NCBI GenBank assembly: GCA_965206595.1
Contig: OZ242214.1
Coordinates: forward strand, 1,504,001-1,568,000
Reading direction: 5' to 3'
Length of the DNA stretch: 64,000 nt
DNA from: Candidatus Latescibacterota bacterium
Lineage (GTDB): Bacteria > Latescibacterota > UBA2968 > UBA8231
The translations under genes and the position numbers were made by a program. Shown here one piece after another: positions 36,309-45,896 of the stretch (position 1 is the stretch's first letter; every line of letters begins with the position of its first letter). The notes under the pieces were generated by a model that had not been told where the DNA came from, did no database searches, and worked only from the letters and a program-made list of their open reading frames with translations.

Positions 36309-36494
36309 GCCCGGGAACCGCGCTGCCGGACGACGTTGCTGCAGCGGTGGTTATTCTCTATCCCGTTGTCAGACAACCCGCTCCTACCGGTATACCTCCT
36401 GAACTCCTGCCGTGCAGGGGGGATGGCCTTCGCGGCAACGATATGGGCCAATGCCGCAAGGCGCGAGGGAACTTCGACACCGGTTTCCCCTGAG

Positions 36495-37988
36495 ATGGCA
36501 ACCGATCACACCATCCCTCATGCGCTCGGTTCTGCCGTGCAGGCGCGCGTTCTCGTCGTACTGGGGGAAACCGATGAAACCAGGCACCTGGTCGCCTTTC
36601 TGAAGGAAGAAGGGTACGAGGTGCTGTGGGCCCGCGAGAGTCAGTCGGCCTACGACATCCTCGATACCGAGCCCGTCGATGGACTGATCTGCGACCTGCA
36701 GGCCGAACGGGTAGATGGCTTGCGGCTCGTTCAACTCTCCCTGCAGCGCAATGCCGAGATCTGTTCGATTGCGGTCGCCAACACGACCCCCGAGGGGATC
36801 GAACTCGGAACCGAGGCGATGCGGCAAGGGGCGTACGATTTCCAGGTGCGTCCGCTCATCCTCGCCAAGATCAACGCGGTTCTGAGACGAGGTCTCTCAC
36901 ACCAGCGTCTCGTCGACGAGGTCTACAATCTCCATCGCCGTCTCGACAGGCGCTACCGCTTCGGGGGGGTGATGCGCCGCTCCTCTGCGTGGCAGCGGAT
37001 ATACAGCCAGATCGAGCAGGTCGCTCCCTCGAAAGCCACGGTCCTCCTGCTGGGAGAAACCGGAACCGGCAAGGGAGAGCTGGCGAAAGCCATCCACCAA
37101 AACAGCAATCGCCGCGATCGCCCCTTCGTCGAGACCAACTGCGGCGCCCTGCCGGAAGCGATCGTCGAGAGCGAGCTGTTCGGCCACGAGAAGGGGGCGT
37201 TCACTGGAGCCTCGGCCTCCCGCAAGGGTCGCTTCGAGCTTGCCGACGGAGGCACCCTCTTTCTCGACGAAGTCGGGGACTTGACGATGCCGACGCAGGT
37301 CAAGCTGCTCCGCGTCGTACAGAATTCGGAATTCGAACGGGTAGGTGGCGTGGAGACGCGCAAAGTCGATATCCGCCTGGTGGCAGCCACAAATCGCGAC
37401 TTGGAAACGATGGTTTCCGAAGGGGAGTATCGGGCAGATCTGTTCTACCGGCTGAACGTGATCAGCATCGAGGTTCCGCCAATACGGCAGAGCCGCGAGG
37501 ACATCCCCATCCTGATCGACGAGTTTATTCGCGAATTCGCCGAGGAGAACCGGCAAAAGACGGTCGGCATGACTCCGGCGGCAGTCGACTGCCTGGTGCA
37601 ATACGACTGGCCCGGCAACGTAAGGGAGCTGAAGAACTGCATGGAGGGGATGCTCGTCATGCGCGCCTCCCCTCGCAGGCTCGACGTTGAGGACGTCCCC
37701 GACCACATAAGGAACCCCGGGGGAAGGCCGGCTGTTTCCGTAAAGGCGGGGATGACGATGAAGGAGATCGAAAAGCAGGCGATTATCGACACCCTGGAAG
37801 CAGTCGGCTACGACCGGCGCCAGGCCGCCGCGGTGCTCGGGATCGGCCTAAGCACCCTGTACAGAAAAGAGAAGGAATACGGACTGAAAGGACGTGGGAA
37901 ATCACGCCACCGAACCCGAACCGGGAGCGAGGCCCCGGGGCCGCCTCCAGGCAAGTCAGCCCGGCTTCTCACCCGGAAGCGGTCGTAG
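36495..37988 (+). CDS. Sigma54-dependent Fis-family response regulator (REC-AAA-HTH)
   Basis: GETGTGKG, ESELFGHEKGAFTGA, LFLDE, DLFYRL, WPGNVREL, C-terminal HTH (LGIGLSTLYRK); start chosen at ATG 36495. Confidence 0.92.
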   Translation: MATDHTIPHALGSAVQARVLVVLGETDETRHLVAFLKEEGYEVLWARESQSAYDILDTEPVDGLICDLQAERVDGLRLVQLSLQRNAEICSIAVANTTPEGIELGTEAMRQGAYDFQVRPLILAKINAVLRRGLSHQRLVDEVYNLHRRLDRRYRFGGVMRRSSAWQRIYSQIEQVAPSKATVLLLGETGTGKGELAKAIHQNSNRRDRPFVETNCGALPEAIVESELFGHEKGAFTGASASRKGRFELADGGTLFLDEVGDLTMPTQVKLLRVVQNSEFERVGGVETRKVDIRLVAATNRDLETMVSEGEYRADLFYRLNVISIEVPPIRQSREDIPILIDEFIREFAEENRQKTVGMTPAAVDCLVQYDWPGNVRELKNCMEGMLVMRASPRRLDVEDVPDHIRNPGGRPAVSVKAGMTMKEIEKQAIIDTLEAVGYDRRQAAAVLGIGLSTLYRKEKEYGLKGRGKSRHRTRTGSEAPGPPPGKSARLLTRKRS

Positions 37989-38012
37989 CAGGAAGACCGA
38001 CCATCTCCGGTT

Positions 38013-39557
38013 TCACGGATCTCCGGTTGCAGCCGGACTGTACAGGTCCTTGATAAGCTGGTTCAGAACCTCCTGCGGCCGGGAAAGCACCTTCGGGGTG
38101 ATTTCGAACTGCTTCATTTCCAGCAGCTGCAGGCCGTGGCCGTAGTCCGAAAGGAACTCTGCGCAAACCTCGCCCGGCAACCGGCCCTGCTCTCTGGCGA
38201 TTTTCTTTACCGCCTCGACGGCCTCCCCGGAAAAACTCAGGCGAATACCGTAGTCCCGAGAGAACTTCGCAGAAAAGCTTTGCAGGCTGGTATCTACAAG
38301 CATGGATTTCAATTCACCATCGGGATCGAGGACGGTGCGTTCGGTCACGGTGAATGACTCGAGGTCCGTGGAGGGCAGCCGGGTTTCGAATCGAAGCAGG
38401 ACTTTCTCGACCACGCTGACCAGCCCCCGTGCCCCGATATGCTCTTCAAAAGCCATTTTCGCCAGCTTCTGCAAGGCCTCATCGGTGAAATCGAGATCGA
38501 TGCCGTAGGCTTTGAAATCCCGCTTTTTCGACATTATGACGCTGCTGTTCTCCCCCCTGAGGATTTCGAGCAGGTCATTGCAGTCCAGGCTATGGAGCAC
38601 AGCAACGACGGGAAGGCGTCCGATGAACTCCGATTCGAATCCGAAATCGATCAGGTCTTCTGCCCGGACCTCGTTCAACAGTTCGCCGTCGGCAACGGCG
38701 TCCTCTGCCGGGGCGCGCGTGTCACGGAGTCGAAAGCCCATGGCTCCGCGATTCAGGCGTCGCGCGATGATTTCCTGGAGTTCACCGAAAGCCCCACTGA
38801 CGACGAAAAGGATGTTCCGGGTGTTGATTTTCTTGCGCTCCGCCCTACCGGTTTTCTGGATCTGAATCACCGATTCCATTTGCGAAGAGATGTCGTGCGG
38901 GGCTTTCAGATCGACCTCTGTTTCCTCCATCAGCTTCAGAAGGTTGCGCTGTACCCCTGAACCGGACACATCGGGGCCTGCCGTCGTTCTCGTCGAGGCA
39001 ATCTTGTCGATTTCGTCTATGTAGATGATTCCGTGCTCGGCGAGCTCGATGTCGCCTTCGGCATCGGATACCAGCTCTCGCACCAGGTCTTCGACATCGC
39101 CTCCCACGTATCCGGTCTCGGAAAACTTCGTGGCATCCGCCTTTACGAACGGTACTCCCAGCTGGCGGGCGATCAGCTTGATGAGGAAGGTCTTGCCGAC
39201 ACCGGTCGGGCCAATCATCAGCACGTTGTTTTTTATCGATCCCACGAGCACCTCTTCGTCATCGATCGGGAGATTGAGACGGTTGAAGTGGGTGCAGATC
39301 TTGGTAGCGAGGATCGCCTTGGCTTTCTCCTGCCTGACGACGTATTCATCGAGATAGGCTATCAGTTCCTCCGGCTTGAGGCTGAAGTTCAGCTTTTCGC
39401 CGGGTGGAGAAGACAGTTCGCCATCCCCGCTACCCGCGGGTTCCGAATGAGGAGAGGGCTCAGCTACCTTCTCGTATTGCTGAGACAGAAACTCCCGTAG
39501 TTTTTCCGGGTCCATCCCCGGCTTTTCCATGTGCACATCCATGACAAACTCCCGCAA
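38013..39557 (-). CDS. ClpX-like AAA+ ATPase lacking the N-terminal zinc-binding domain
   Basis: LDEYVV.QEKAK, NVLMIGPTGVGKT, DATKFSETGYVGGDVE, IYIDEIDKI, DVSG.GVQ..LLK, EFIGRLPV, GARGL. Confidence 0.85.
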   Translation of the reverse strand: MREFVMDVHMEKPGMDPEKLREFLSQQYEKVAEPSPHSEPAGSGDGELSSPPGEKLNFSLKPEELIAYLDEYVVRQEKAKAILATKICTHFNRLNLPIDDEEVLVGSIKNNVLMIGPTGVGKTFLIKLIARQLGVPFVKADATKFSETGYVGGDVEDLVRELVSDAEGDIELAEHGIIYIDEIDKIASTRTTAGPDVSGSGVQRNLLKLMEETEVDLKAPHDISSQMESVIQIQKTGRAERKKINTRNILFVVSGAFGELQEIIARRLNRGAMGFRLRDTRAPAEDAVADGELLNEVRAEDLIDFGFESEFIGRLPVVAVLHSLDCNDLLEILRGENSSVIMSKKRDFKAYGIDLDFTDEALQKLAKMAFEEHIGARGLVSVVEKVLLRFETRLPSTDLESFTVTERTVLDPDGELKSMLVDTSLQSFSAKFSRDYGIRLSFSGEAVEAVKKIAREQGRLPGEVCAEFLSDYGHGLQLLEMKQFEITPKVLSRPQEVLNQLIKDLYSPAATGDP

Positions 39558-39610
39558 TTGACTGGTCGGCGAGCACCGAATATACCGGAGCCCGACGCAG
39601 GCGACAACGA

Positions 39611-39639
39611 TTGACAGTCGATTATCTCGCGCATAAATT
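39611..39639 (+). promoter_or_regulatory. Putative sigma70 promoter
   Basis: TTGACA-17 bp-TAAATT, 16 bp upstream of ATG 39656. Confidence 0.6.
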
Positions 39640-39655
39640 ACGCTCCCACATACAG

Positions 39656-41767
39656 ATGTGGCGTTTCTTATTCAGCAGGACCAGACTCCTTCAGGGCGCG
39701 CCGACTCCAGGCGAAGCCTTGGTTGCGACGGCTTTCTCGTTCAGCCTCGTGGCCGTGGTTTCCTTTTCCAGTCCTACCTCGGCACAACCGTTCCCGAGAC
39801 AGACATATTCCCCTGAGGCCGAACGCAAGTTCGCCAACGGTTTGGCTTCCTACTCCCAAGGGGATTATGGAGAAGCGCTGAGCGCTCTGGAAGAAGTAAG
39901 CGCCATGCCCTCGAATCAGCGCTCATCCGCGGCGCTGCTGCTGGTGAGCAGAGCCCTGGTGCGCCTGGAACGGTACAGGGAAGCCCTGGAGGCTGCCCAC
40001 CGAATTGAAATCGGCTATCCGAACAGTCGCTACATCGCGGATGCCCGCCTTGTGGCCGGGGATTGTTATTTCCAATTGAAACGTTACCGCGAAGCAGCTG
40101 CCGAGTACGCCCGCCTGCTGGCGACTTCAGGGCCGTTGCCGCTGCAGGCGAGCGCCGCCGAAAGGCTGGCGGCTATCGTCAAAAACCGGGTGATCACCAC
40201 CGAGGAACGAGAGCGAATCGGCCGGTTGGTTGGGGCCGAGCGTTTTCGGGACGCCGTGCTGTTCGGCGAAGCCCGGTGGTATGCCCGCCTGGGGTGGCAC
40301 GACCGCAGCCGCGCCGCCCTCACCGCCTATCTCGACAGCGTGGAGAACGGTGTTTTCGCCGCCCTCGCCCGCAGGATGCTCGAAGGCGACACGGCGGGGA
40401 ATGCGGCGGAAGGAGAATGGAGAGCCGGGGGACTGTCCGTCGAATCAGGGGTGATCACAGCGTCGGAGTCGGCGGACCCGGATGGGAGGCCTGCGATCGG
40501 TATCCCGATGCCCTTGAGCGGGTCCCGGAGCTACGTGGGTGAAGAACTCCTCGCTGGCATCCAGATGGCGAACGACCGGATGAAGAAGCCCTTCGAGCTC
40601 AGGGTCATCGACATCGGTGAGCGCCGGCTCGTGGGAGCGCAAGGGTCTTCGGTTTCCATTTCGCAGGGGGATGGCGGCAGCCTGCTGCGGACGGTTTCGG
40701 CCGTGCAGTCATTGGCCCGAGATCAGGATGTGGTCGCCATAATCGGCCCGGTGTTCAGTCCCGCATGTGTCGCGGCTTCCGTAGTGGCAGAGGCGGCAGG
40801 CATCCCCTTGATCGCGCCGCTTGCGCAGCAGAGCGGTCTCGACACGCTCGGGCGGCACATTTTTCAGCTGAACGTGGTGCCGGAGATCCAAGGACGCGTC
40901 CTGGCCGAGTACGCCACCCTCGTCCTCGGGTTCGGCACCCTCGCCGTTCTCGCCCCGCTGACGGACTACGGGTGGAACTTCCACCGCGCCTTTGTCAAAC
41001 TGGCCGAGAGCAACGGCGGCGAGGTCGTACACAGCGACTGGTACGTTCCGGAAGAGACGACCGATTTCAAGAATCAGTTCGAGGCCCTCAGACAGGCCGG
41101 GTTCCGCCTGATGCCGTCCCCGGATCCGGTCGATTCCCTCGCCGTACTCGACTCGCTGTCACTGGCCGTTTTCGATACGACGGGGGCCGGCGAGGCGACG
41201 TTCTACGAGCTCCTTGATACCGGCATTGAAATGACCGAAGACCCCGCGGATTCGACGGAGAGATTCATCGATACGATCGACGGCATCGCCGTGGTCGTGG
41301 AGAGCTTCGACGACGCCCGCACCATCGCTGCGCAGCTGCGCTTCTTTCGATTGGAGGGGAAGGTGTTGGGCAACGATATCTGGTATCGCCCGGAGGAGAT
41401 TCGTCAGATGGGCCCGATCGAGAGGAAGTATGTCGAAGGAGGGGTGCTTGTTTCCGGCCGATACCTCGCCGCTTCGAACCGGGCATTTACGGATGAATTT
41501 CGCACCCGGTTCGGTCGCGATCCCGGACTCGCGGTCCATGGGTACGACGCCGCCGGCATGCTGATCAAGGGATGGGAGGAAGGACACCAGACACGGGCAG
41601 CGCTACGGGAATGGTTGGAGCGAGTTCGGGGGTACGAGGGGGCAGCTGGCCGTGTCAGTTTTCCGGATGACCGGCGAGCGAATACGGAGCTGACCCTGCT
41701 CAGGATCGATTCCCGCGGGCGGGTGAGGGCATTCGGCAACGGCGACCTTCCGGGGCTTGCTCCCTGA
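39656..41767 (+). CDS. Exported TPR + type I periplasmic-binding-fold protein (LpoA/LppC- or LivK-like)
   Basis: Hydrophobic signal region, TPR helices (YPNSRY..DA), then IGIPMPLSG, VVAIIGP, GIPLIAP, TDFK, F..RFG..P...GYDA, YEGAAGRVSF. Confidence 0.7.
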   Translation: MWRFLFSRTRLLQGAPTPGEALVATAFSFSLVAVVSFSSPTSAQPFPRQTYSPEAERKFANGLASYSQGDYGEALSALEEVSAMPSNQRSSAALLLVSRALVRLERYREALEAAHRIEIGYPNSRYIADARLVAGDCYFQLKRYREAAAEYARLLATSGPLPLQASAAERLAAIVKNRVITTEERERIGRLVGAERFRDAVLFGEARWYARLGWHDRSRAALTAYLDSVENGVFAALARRMLEGDTAGNAAEGEWRAGGLSVESGVITASESADPDGRPAIGIPMPLSGSRSYVGEELLAGIQMANDRMKKPFELRVIDIGERRLVGAQGSSVSISQGDGGSLLRTVSAVQSLARDQDVVAIIGPVFSPACVAASVVAEAAGIPLIAPLAQQSGLDTLGRHIFQLNVVPEIQGRVLAEYATLVLGFGTLAVLAPLTDYGWNFHRAFVKLAESNGGEVVHSDWYVPEETTDFKNQFEALRQAGFRLMPSPDPVDSLAVLDSLSLAVFDTTGAGEATFYELLDTGIEMTEDPADSTERFIDTIDGIAVVVESFDDARTIAAQLRFFRLEGKVLGNDIWYRPEEIRQMGPIERKYVEGGVLVSGRYLAASNRAFTDEFRTRFGRDPGLAVHGYDAAGMLIKGWEEGHQTRAALREWLERVRGYEGAAGRVSFPDDRRANTELTLLRIDSRGRVRAFGNGDLPGLAP

Positions 41768-41838
41768 CATCCATCGCAGAGCAGATTTCCCTTCCACCCG
41801 GCTTCTCGGCAGCACCTAACAGCTTATCCAGCCGGATC

Positions 41839-41866
41839 TTGCGCTCTTTCGAGGTGAGGCTATATT
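41839..41866 (+). promoter_or_regulatory. Possible sigma70 promoter upstream of the FmdB-TPR-MoxR-Bat gene string
   Basis: TTGCGC-16 bp-TATATT. Confidence 0.4.
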
Positions 41867-41946
41867 TGAAAACTTTCGGATAATCAATGCACCACAATCC
41901 CCTCTGGGCGGAATTGCCATACGGACGCCCACTCAACAGAAACGCG

Positions 41947-42270
41947 ATGCCGACATACGATTACGAATGTCAGACATGCGGCAAGACTTTTGAGGAGTAT
42001 CAGAGCATAACGGCCGACCCTCTGGCAGAATGCCGACAGAAGGGCTGTCGGGGCAAGGTCACCCGTCTAATCGGTGGCGGCGGCGGTCTTCTTTTCAAGG
42101 GTTCGGGGTTTTACATCACTGACTACAGAAGTGACGGGTACAAGCAGGCGGAGAAAGCGGCGAAGGAGTCGAGTTCTTCGGGCAAGCCGGACAAATCCGA
42201 CAGCAAGGCGAGCAGTTCCGGAAACGCCGACAGCGGGGGCGGGAAGAAAAAGGCCTCCAGGGAAGATTGA
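41947..42270 (+). CDS. FmdB-family zinc-ribbon protein with Ser/Lys-rich tail
   Basis: MPTYDYECQTCG...C....C..KV.RLI..G..FKGSGFYITDY, low-complexity C-terminus. Confidence 0.88.
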   Translation: MPTYDYECQTCGKTFEEYQSITADPLAECRQKGCRGKVTRLIGGGGGLLFKGSGFYITDYRSDGYKQAEKAAKESSSSGKPDKSDSKASSSGNADSGGGKKKASRED

Positions 42271-42383
42271 ACAACTACCCAGCCGAAAACACCGCCAGTG
42301 GCTCGCGGTTCGGGAACCGCAGATCGGCCCGGGCGTCGAATGCGGGATCGCGCAGGGAATTCCGGCAGATCGGCCGTGCGACC

Positions 42384-42872
42384 ATGGCGGTTGTCGCCGC
42401 GACCTGCGCGATCTGGACCGCCTGTTCGCGGGATACCCCGGAACAGGCGATGGCCGCCGCCGAAGCCACGGCGCAGGCCGCGGCGACGGACAGCACTTCG
42501 CTGAACGTGGCGGCCGCGCGGTTCGGCGATTTTCTCGAACGTTATCCGCGGCACGAGTCCGCTCCGAAAGCACTTCGAATGCTGGCAATGATCATCCAGC
42601 AGCAGGGGGATATGCGTGGCGCGATCGGACATTACGAACGGCTGCTCGAGGAGTACGCCAGCAGCGAGTACGCCGACGACGCCCAGTTCATGATCGGGTT
42701 CATCTCCGAGGAGTACCTCGAGGAATACGCGCGCGCCCGTGAGTCATATCGATTGGTGATCGACCGTTATCCCGATTCGGAACTGGCAGCCAGCGCCCGG
42801 CGGCTGTTGCCCAACGTTGGCAAGGCACCCGAGGAATGGGTCAAATTCCAGGAAGGGACAAGCTCGCGGTAA
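42384..42872 (+). CDS. TPR-containing probable lipoprotein (YbgF/BamD-like repeats)
   Basis: Hydrophobic N-terminus ending WTAC; repeated FLERYP..E.A, LLEEYASSEYA, VIDRYPDSELA; start uncertain (frame open from 42267). Confidence 0.65.
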   Translation: MAVVAATCAIWTACSRDTPEQAMAAAEATAQAAATDSTSLNVAAARFGDFLERYPRHESAPKALRMLAMIIQQQGDMRGAIGHYERLLEEYASSEYADDAQFMIGFISEEYLEEYARARESYRLVIDRYPDSELAASARRLLPNVGKAPEEWVKFQEGTSSR

Positions 42873-43040
42873 GCCGCCTCCCGTTCCACCGTTTTATAAC
42901 CGATGACCGAGGCAGTTCCTCTCACCCTCCGAACCGGAGATCCTCCCACTAAGCCCGGACCGGGCAACCTGCAGGGCTGCAAAATAGCTAGGTGTGGCGT
43001 TGCCCCCCCGGGGGCATTCGCCGGGGGCAGACAGGTTTCC

Positions 43041-44036
43041 GTGACGACCGATACCGACATACAGGCCATAACGGAACGCGTCCATAGGGACTCCCAGGCG
43101 GTCGATCTCATCCTGCAACAGATGGACCGTGTGGTCGTCGGCCAGCGGCACATGGTGGAGCGCCTCGTCATCGGCCTGCTGTGTAACGGCCATGTCCTGC
43201 TGGAGGGCGTCCCGGGACTGGCCAAGACACTGACGGTGAGCACCCTTTCCAGGATAATCGGCGGCGAGTTCAAACGGCTCCAGTTCACCCCCGACCTGCT
43301 TCCCGCCGATCTGACGGGCACGCTCATCTTCGATCAGGTCTCGGGTACCTTCCGGCCGAAGAAGGGCCCGATATTCGCCAACCTCGTGCTCGCAGACGAA
43401 GTCAACCGGGCACCGGCGAAGGTGCAGAGCGCCCTCCTCGAGTCGATGCAGGAACGCCAGGTGACGATCGGGGACGAAACCTACCCCCTGGACGACCCGT
43501 TTCTGGTGATGGCGACGCAAAACCCGATCGAGCAGGAAGGGACCTACCCGCTCCCCGAGGCGCAGATCGACCGTTTCATGCTCAAGGTCAAGGTCGGGTA
43601 TCCGTCGCGGGAGGAAGAGCGCTCCATTCTCGACCGCATGGCCGAGGACGGCGACATCGAGGTCGAGGCGGCGGTTTCACTCGACGACATACGCACGCTC
43701 CGCAACTCGGTGCGCCTTGTGTATGTCGATGACAAGATCAAGGACTATGCCGTCGACCTCGTGCACGCGACTCGCAATCCCGCTGGGGCGGAAATGTCCG
43801 AGCTCGCCGCTCTCATCGAATACGGTTCCTCTCCCAGGGCGACGATTTTTTTGGTGCGGGCTGCCCGGGCCCACGCCTTCATCCGCAAGCGGGGGTACGT
43901 AACCCCGGAAGACGTCAAGGCGGTCGGCGCCGACGTGCTGCGCCATCGCATCGCCGTCAGCTACGAAGCAGAGGCCGAGGAGATCGACTCCGAGGAGATC
44001 GTCAGGCGGTTGTTCGACGGCGTCGAGGTTCCGTGA
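43041..44036 (+). CDS. moxR: MoxR-family AAA+ ATPase
   Basis: GHVLLEGVPGLAKT, RLQFTPDLLPADL.G, LADEVNRAPAKVQSALLE, ATQNPIEQEGTYPLPEAQ.DRF. Confidence 0.95.
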   Translation: MTTDTDIQAITERVHRDSQAVDLILQQMDRVVVGQRHMVERLVIGLLCNGHVLLEGVPGLAKTLTVSTLSRIIGGEFKRLQFTPDLLPADLTGTLIFDQVSGTFRPKKGPIFANLVLADEVNRAPAKVQSALLESMQERQVTIGDETYPLDDPFLVMATQNPIEQEGTYPLPEAQIDRFMLKVKVGYPSREEERSILDRMAEDGDIEVEAAVSLDDIRTLRNSVRLVYVDDKIKDYAVDLVHATRNPAGAEMSELAALIEYGSSPRATIFLVRAARAHAFIRKRGYVTPEDVKAVGADVLRHRIAVSYEAEAEEIDSEEIVRRLFDGVEVP

Positions 44037-44043
44037 GGTCGAC

Positions 44044-44919
44044 TTGATACCCAAGGAAATATTCGACAAGGTCCGGCTGATCGAGATTCACACCCGCAGC
44101 GTCGTCAACAGCCTTTTCGCCGGTGAATACCACTCGGTTTTCAAGGGTCGGGGAATGGAGTTCGCCGAGGTTCGCGAGTACCATCAGGGGGACGACGTTC
44201 GCAGCATCGACTGGAACGTAACCGCCCGCGCCGGCCGGCCGTTCGTCAAGCTTTTCGACGAGGAGCGGGAACTGACGGTTCTGCTGGTGGTCGATGCCAG
44301 CGGTTCGGGCGCCTTCGGCAGTGCCGACAAGATGAAGGGGGAGATCGGCGTCGAGATTTCGGCGCTGCTCGCTTTTTCCGCAATAAAGAACAACGACCGC
44401 GTCGGGCTGCTGATTTTCACGGACGAGGTCGAGGTCTTCGTGCCGCCGAAGAAGGGGCGCCGCCACGTCCTGCGCGTGATTCGCGAGCTGCTCTACTTCG
44501 AACCGCGCGGGAGCCGGACCTCTCTCGCCACGGCGCTGGGATACCTCGACCGGGTGGTTCACCGCCGCGGGGTGATGTTCCTGATCTCCGACTTTCGCGA
44601 CAGCGGCTACGAGATGGCGCTACGGCGTTTGAGCCGCAGCCACGACACCATAGCGATCAACCTCGTCGATCCACGCGAGGCGGAGCTGCCCGACGCCGGC
44701 ATGCTTGCCTTGCACGACGCCGAAACCGGGGACCGAATTCTCGTCGACAGCGGCGACCCTCGGGTGCGCGAGGCTTTTGAGGCTGCCGAGGCCCGCGCCG
44801 CGGCCGCGCGACAACGGCTGTTCCGTAGCCTCGGTGTCGACGAAGTACGCGTAGATACGTCCGGTTCCTACATCGAGCCGCTCATCCACTTTTTCAAGGC
44901 GCGCATGAGCCGCAATTAG
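44044..44919 (+). CDS. DUF58 domain (vWA-like) protein
   Basis: GEYHSVFKGRGMEFAEVREY..GDDVRSIDWNVTAR, VD.S.S, ISDF. Confidence 0.93.
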   Translation: MIPKEIFDKVRLIEIHTRSVVNSLFAGEYHSVFKGRGMEFAEVREYHQGDDVRSIDWNVTARAGRPFVKLFDEERELTVLLVVDASGSGAFGSADKMKGEIGVEISALLAFSAIKNNDRVGLLIFTDEVEVFVPPKKGRRHVLRVIRELLYFEPRGSRTSLATALGYLDRVVHRRGVMFLISDFRDSGYEMALRRLSRSHDTIAINLVDPREAELPDAGMLALHDAETGDRILVDSGDPRVREAFEAAEARAAAARQRLFRSLGVDEVRVDTSGSYIEPLIHFFKARMSRN

Positions 44920-44955
44920 AAAACCTGCTGCCAGCAAGAACGGGAGGAGCAAAGG

Positions 44956-45896
44956 GTGATAGAGGTCAACGATCTGTCGAAGTACTATGGCGATGTGCCG
45001 GCCATCGACGGCGTGTCGTTCAGGGCCGACAAGGGGGAGATTCTCGGCTTTCTCGGCCCCAACGGAGCCGGAAAGACGACGACGATGCGGGTATTGACCT
45101 GCTACCTGCCACCCTCGAGCGGCAGCGCATCGGTCGACGGCCACGACGTGGTCGAAGAATCCCTCGAGGTCCGCAGCGTATCGGTTACCTCCCCGAGTTG
45201 CCACCCCTCTACAGTGATATGACGGTCAATTCCTACCTCGGCTTCGTCGCCAGGATAAAGGGGGTTCCCGGCTCCGAGATCGGCGCGCGAATGGGCGAGA
45301 CCATGGAGCGGACGGGAATCGCCCACGTCCGCGACCAGGTGATCGGCCACCTGTCCAAGGGTTACCGGCAGCGCGTCGGGCTCGCCCAGGCGCTGGTGCA
45401 CAACCCGAGCGTCCTCATTCTCGACGAGCCTACGGTTGGATTGGACCCGAAGCAGATCATCGAGATCCGCGAGACGATCAGGGGGTTGGGAGGTGATCAC
45501 ACCATCATCCTCAGCACCCACATCCTGCCCGAGGTCAGCATGACCTGCGAGAAAGTGGTGATCATCAACGCAGGCCGCATAGTCGGCGAGGGCACCCCGG
45601 AAAGCCTGATCGCCGAGTTGAAGGAAGGGGAGATGCTGCGCGCCCAGGTTGCCGGACCCGCGGATGAGATCCGCTCGGCCATAGAGGGCCTGGAGGGCGT
45701 AATCGAGGTGCGCGAGGACACGGCCGGCAGCCCCGGCGACGCCGTCTTCATCGTCACCGCGGTTCCGGGACGGGAGATCAGGGACGAGGTCGCCAAGCGG
45801 CTCGTCGACGGAGGCTACGGACTGCGCGAGCTGCGCGGGCTCGAGATGACCCTCGAGGATATTTTCCTGCGTTTGACCACCGAGGAGGAGGCTTGA
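44956..45896 (+). pseudogene. GldA-like ABC transporter ATP-binding protein, frameshifted at about 45175
   Basis: Frame 1: [17 protein letters not shown]; frame 2: [38 protein letters not shown]. One base is missing at CGC-AG-CGT (45172-45179). Confidence 0.85.

Noticed and set aside
36380-36494. Possible sigma54 -24/-12 site upstream of the activator
   Set aside because: No convincing TGGCAC-N5-TTGC match
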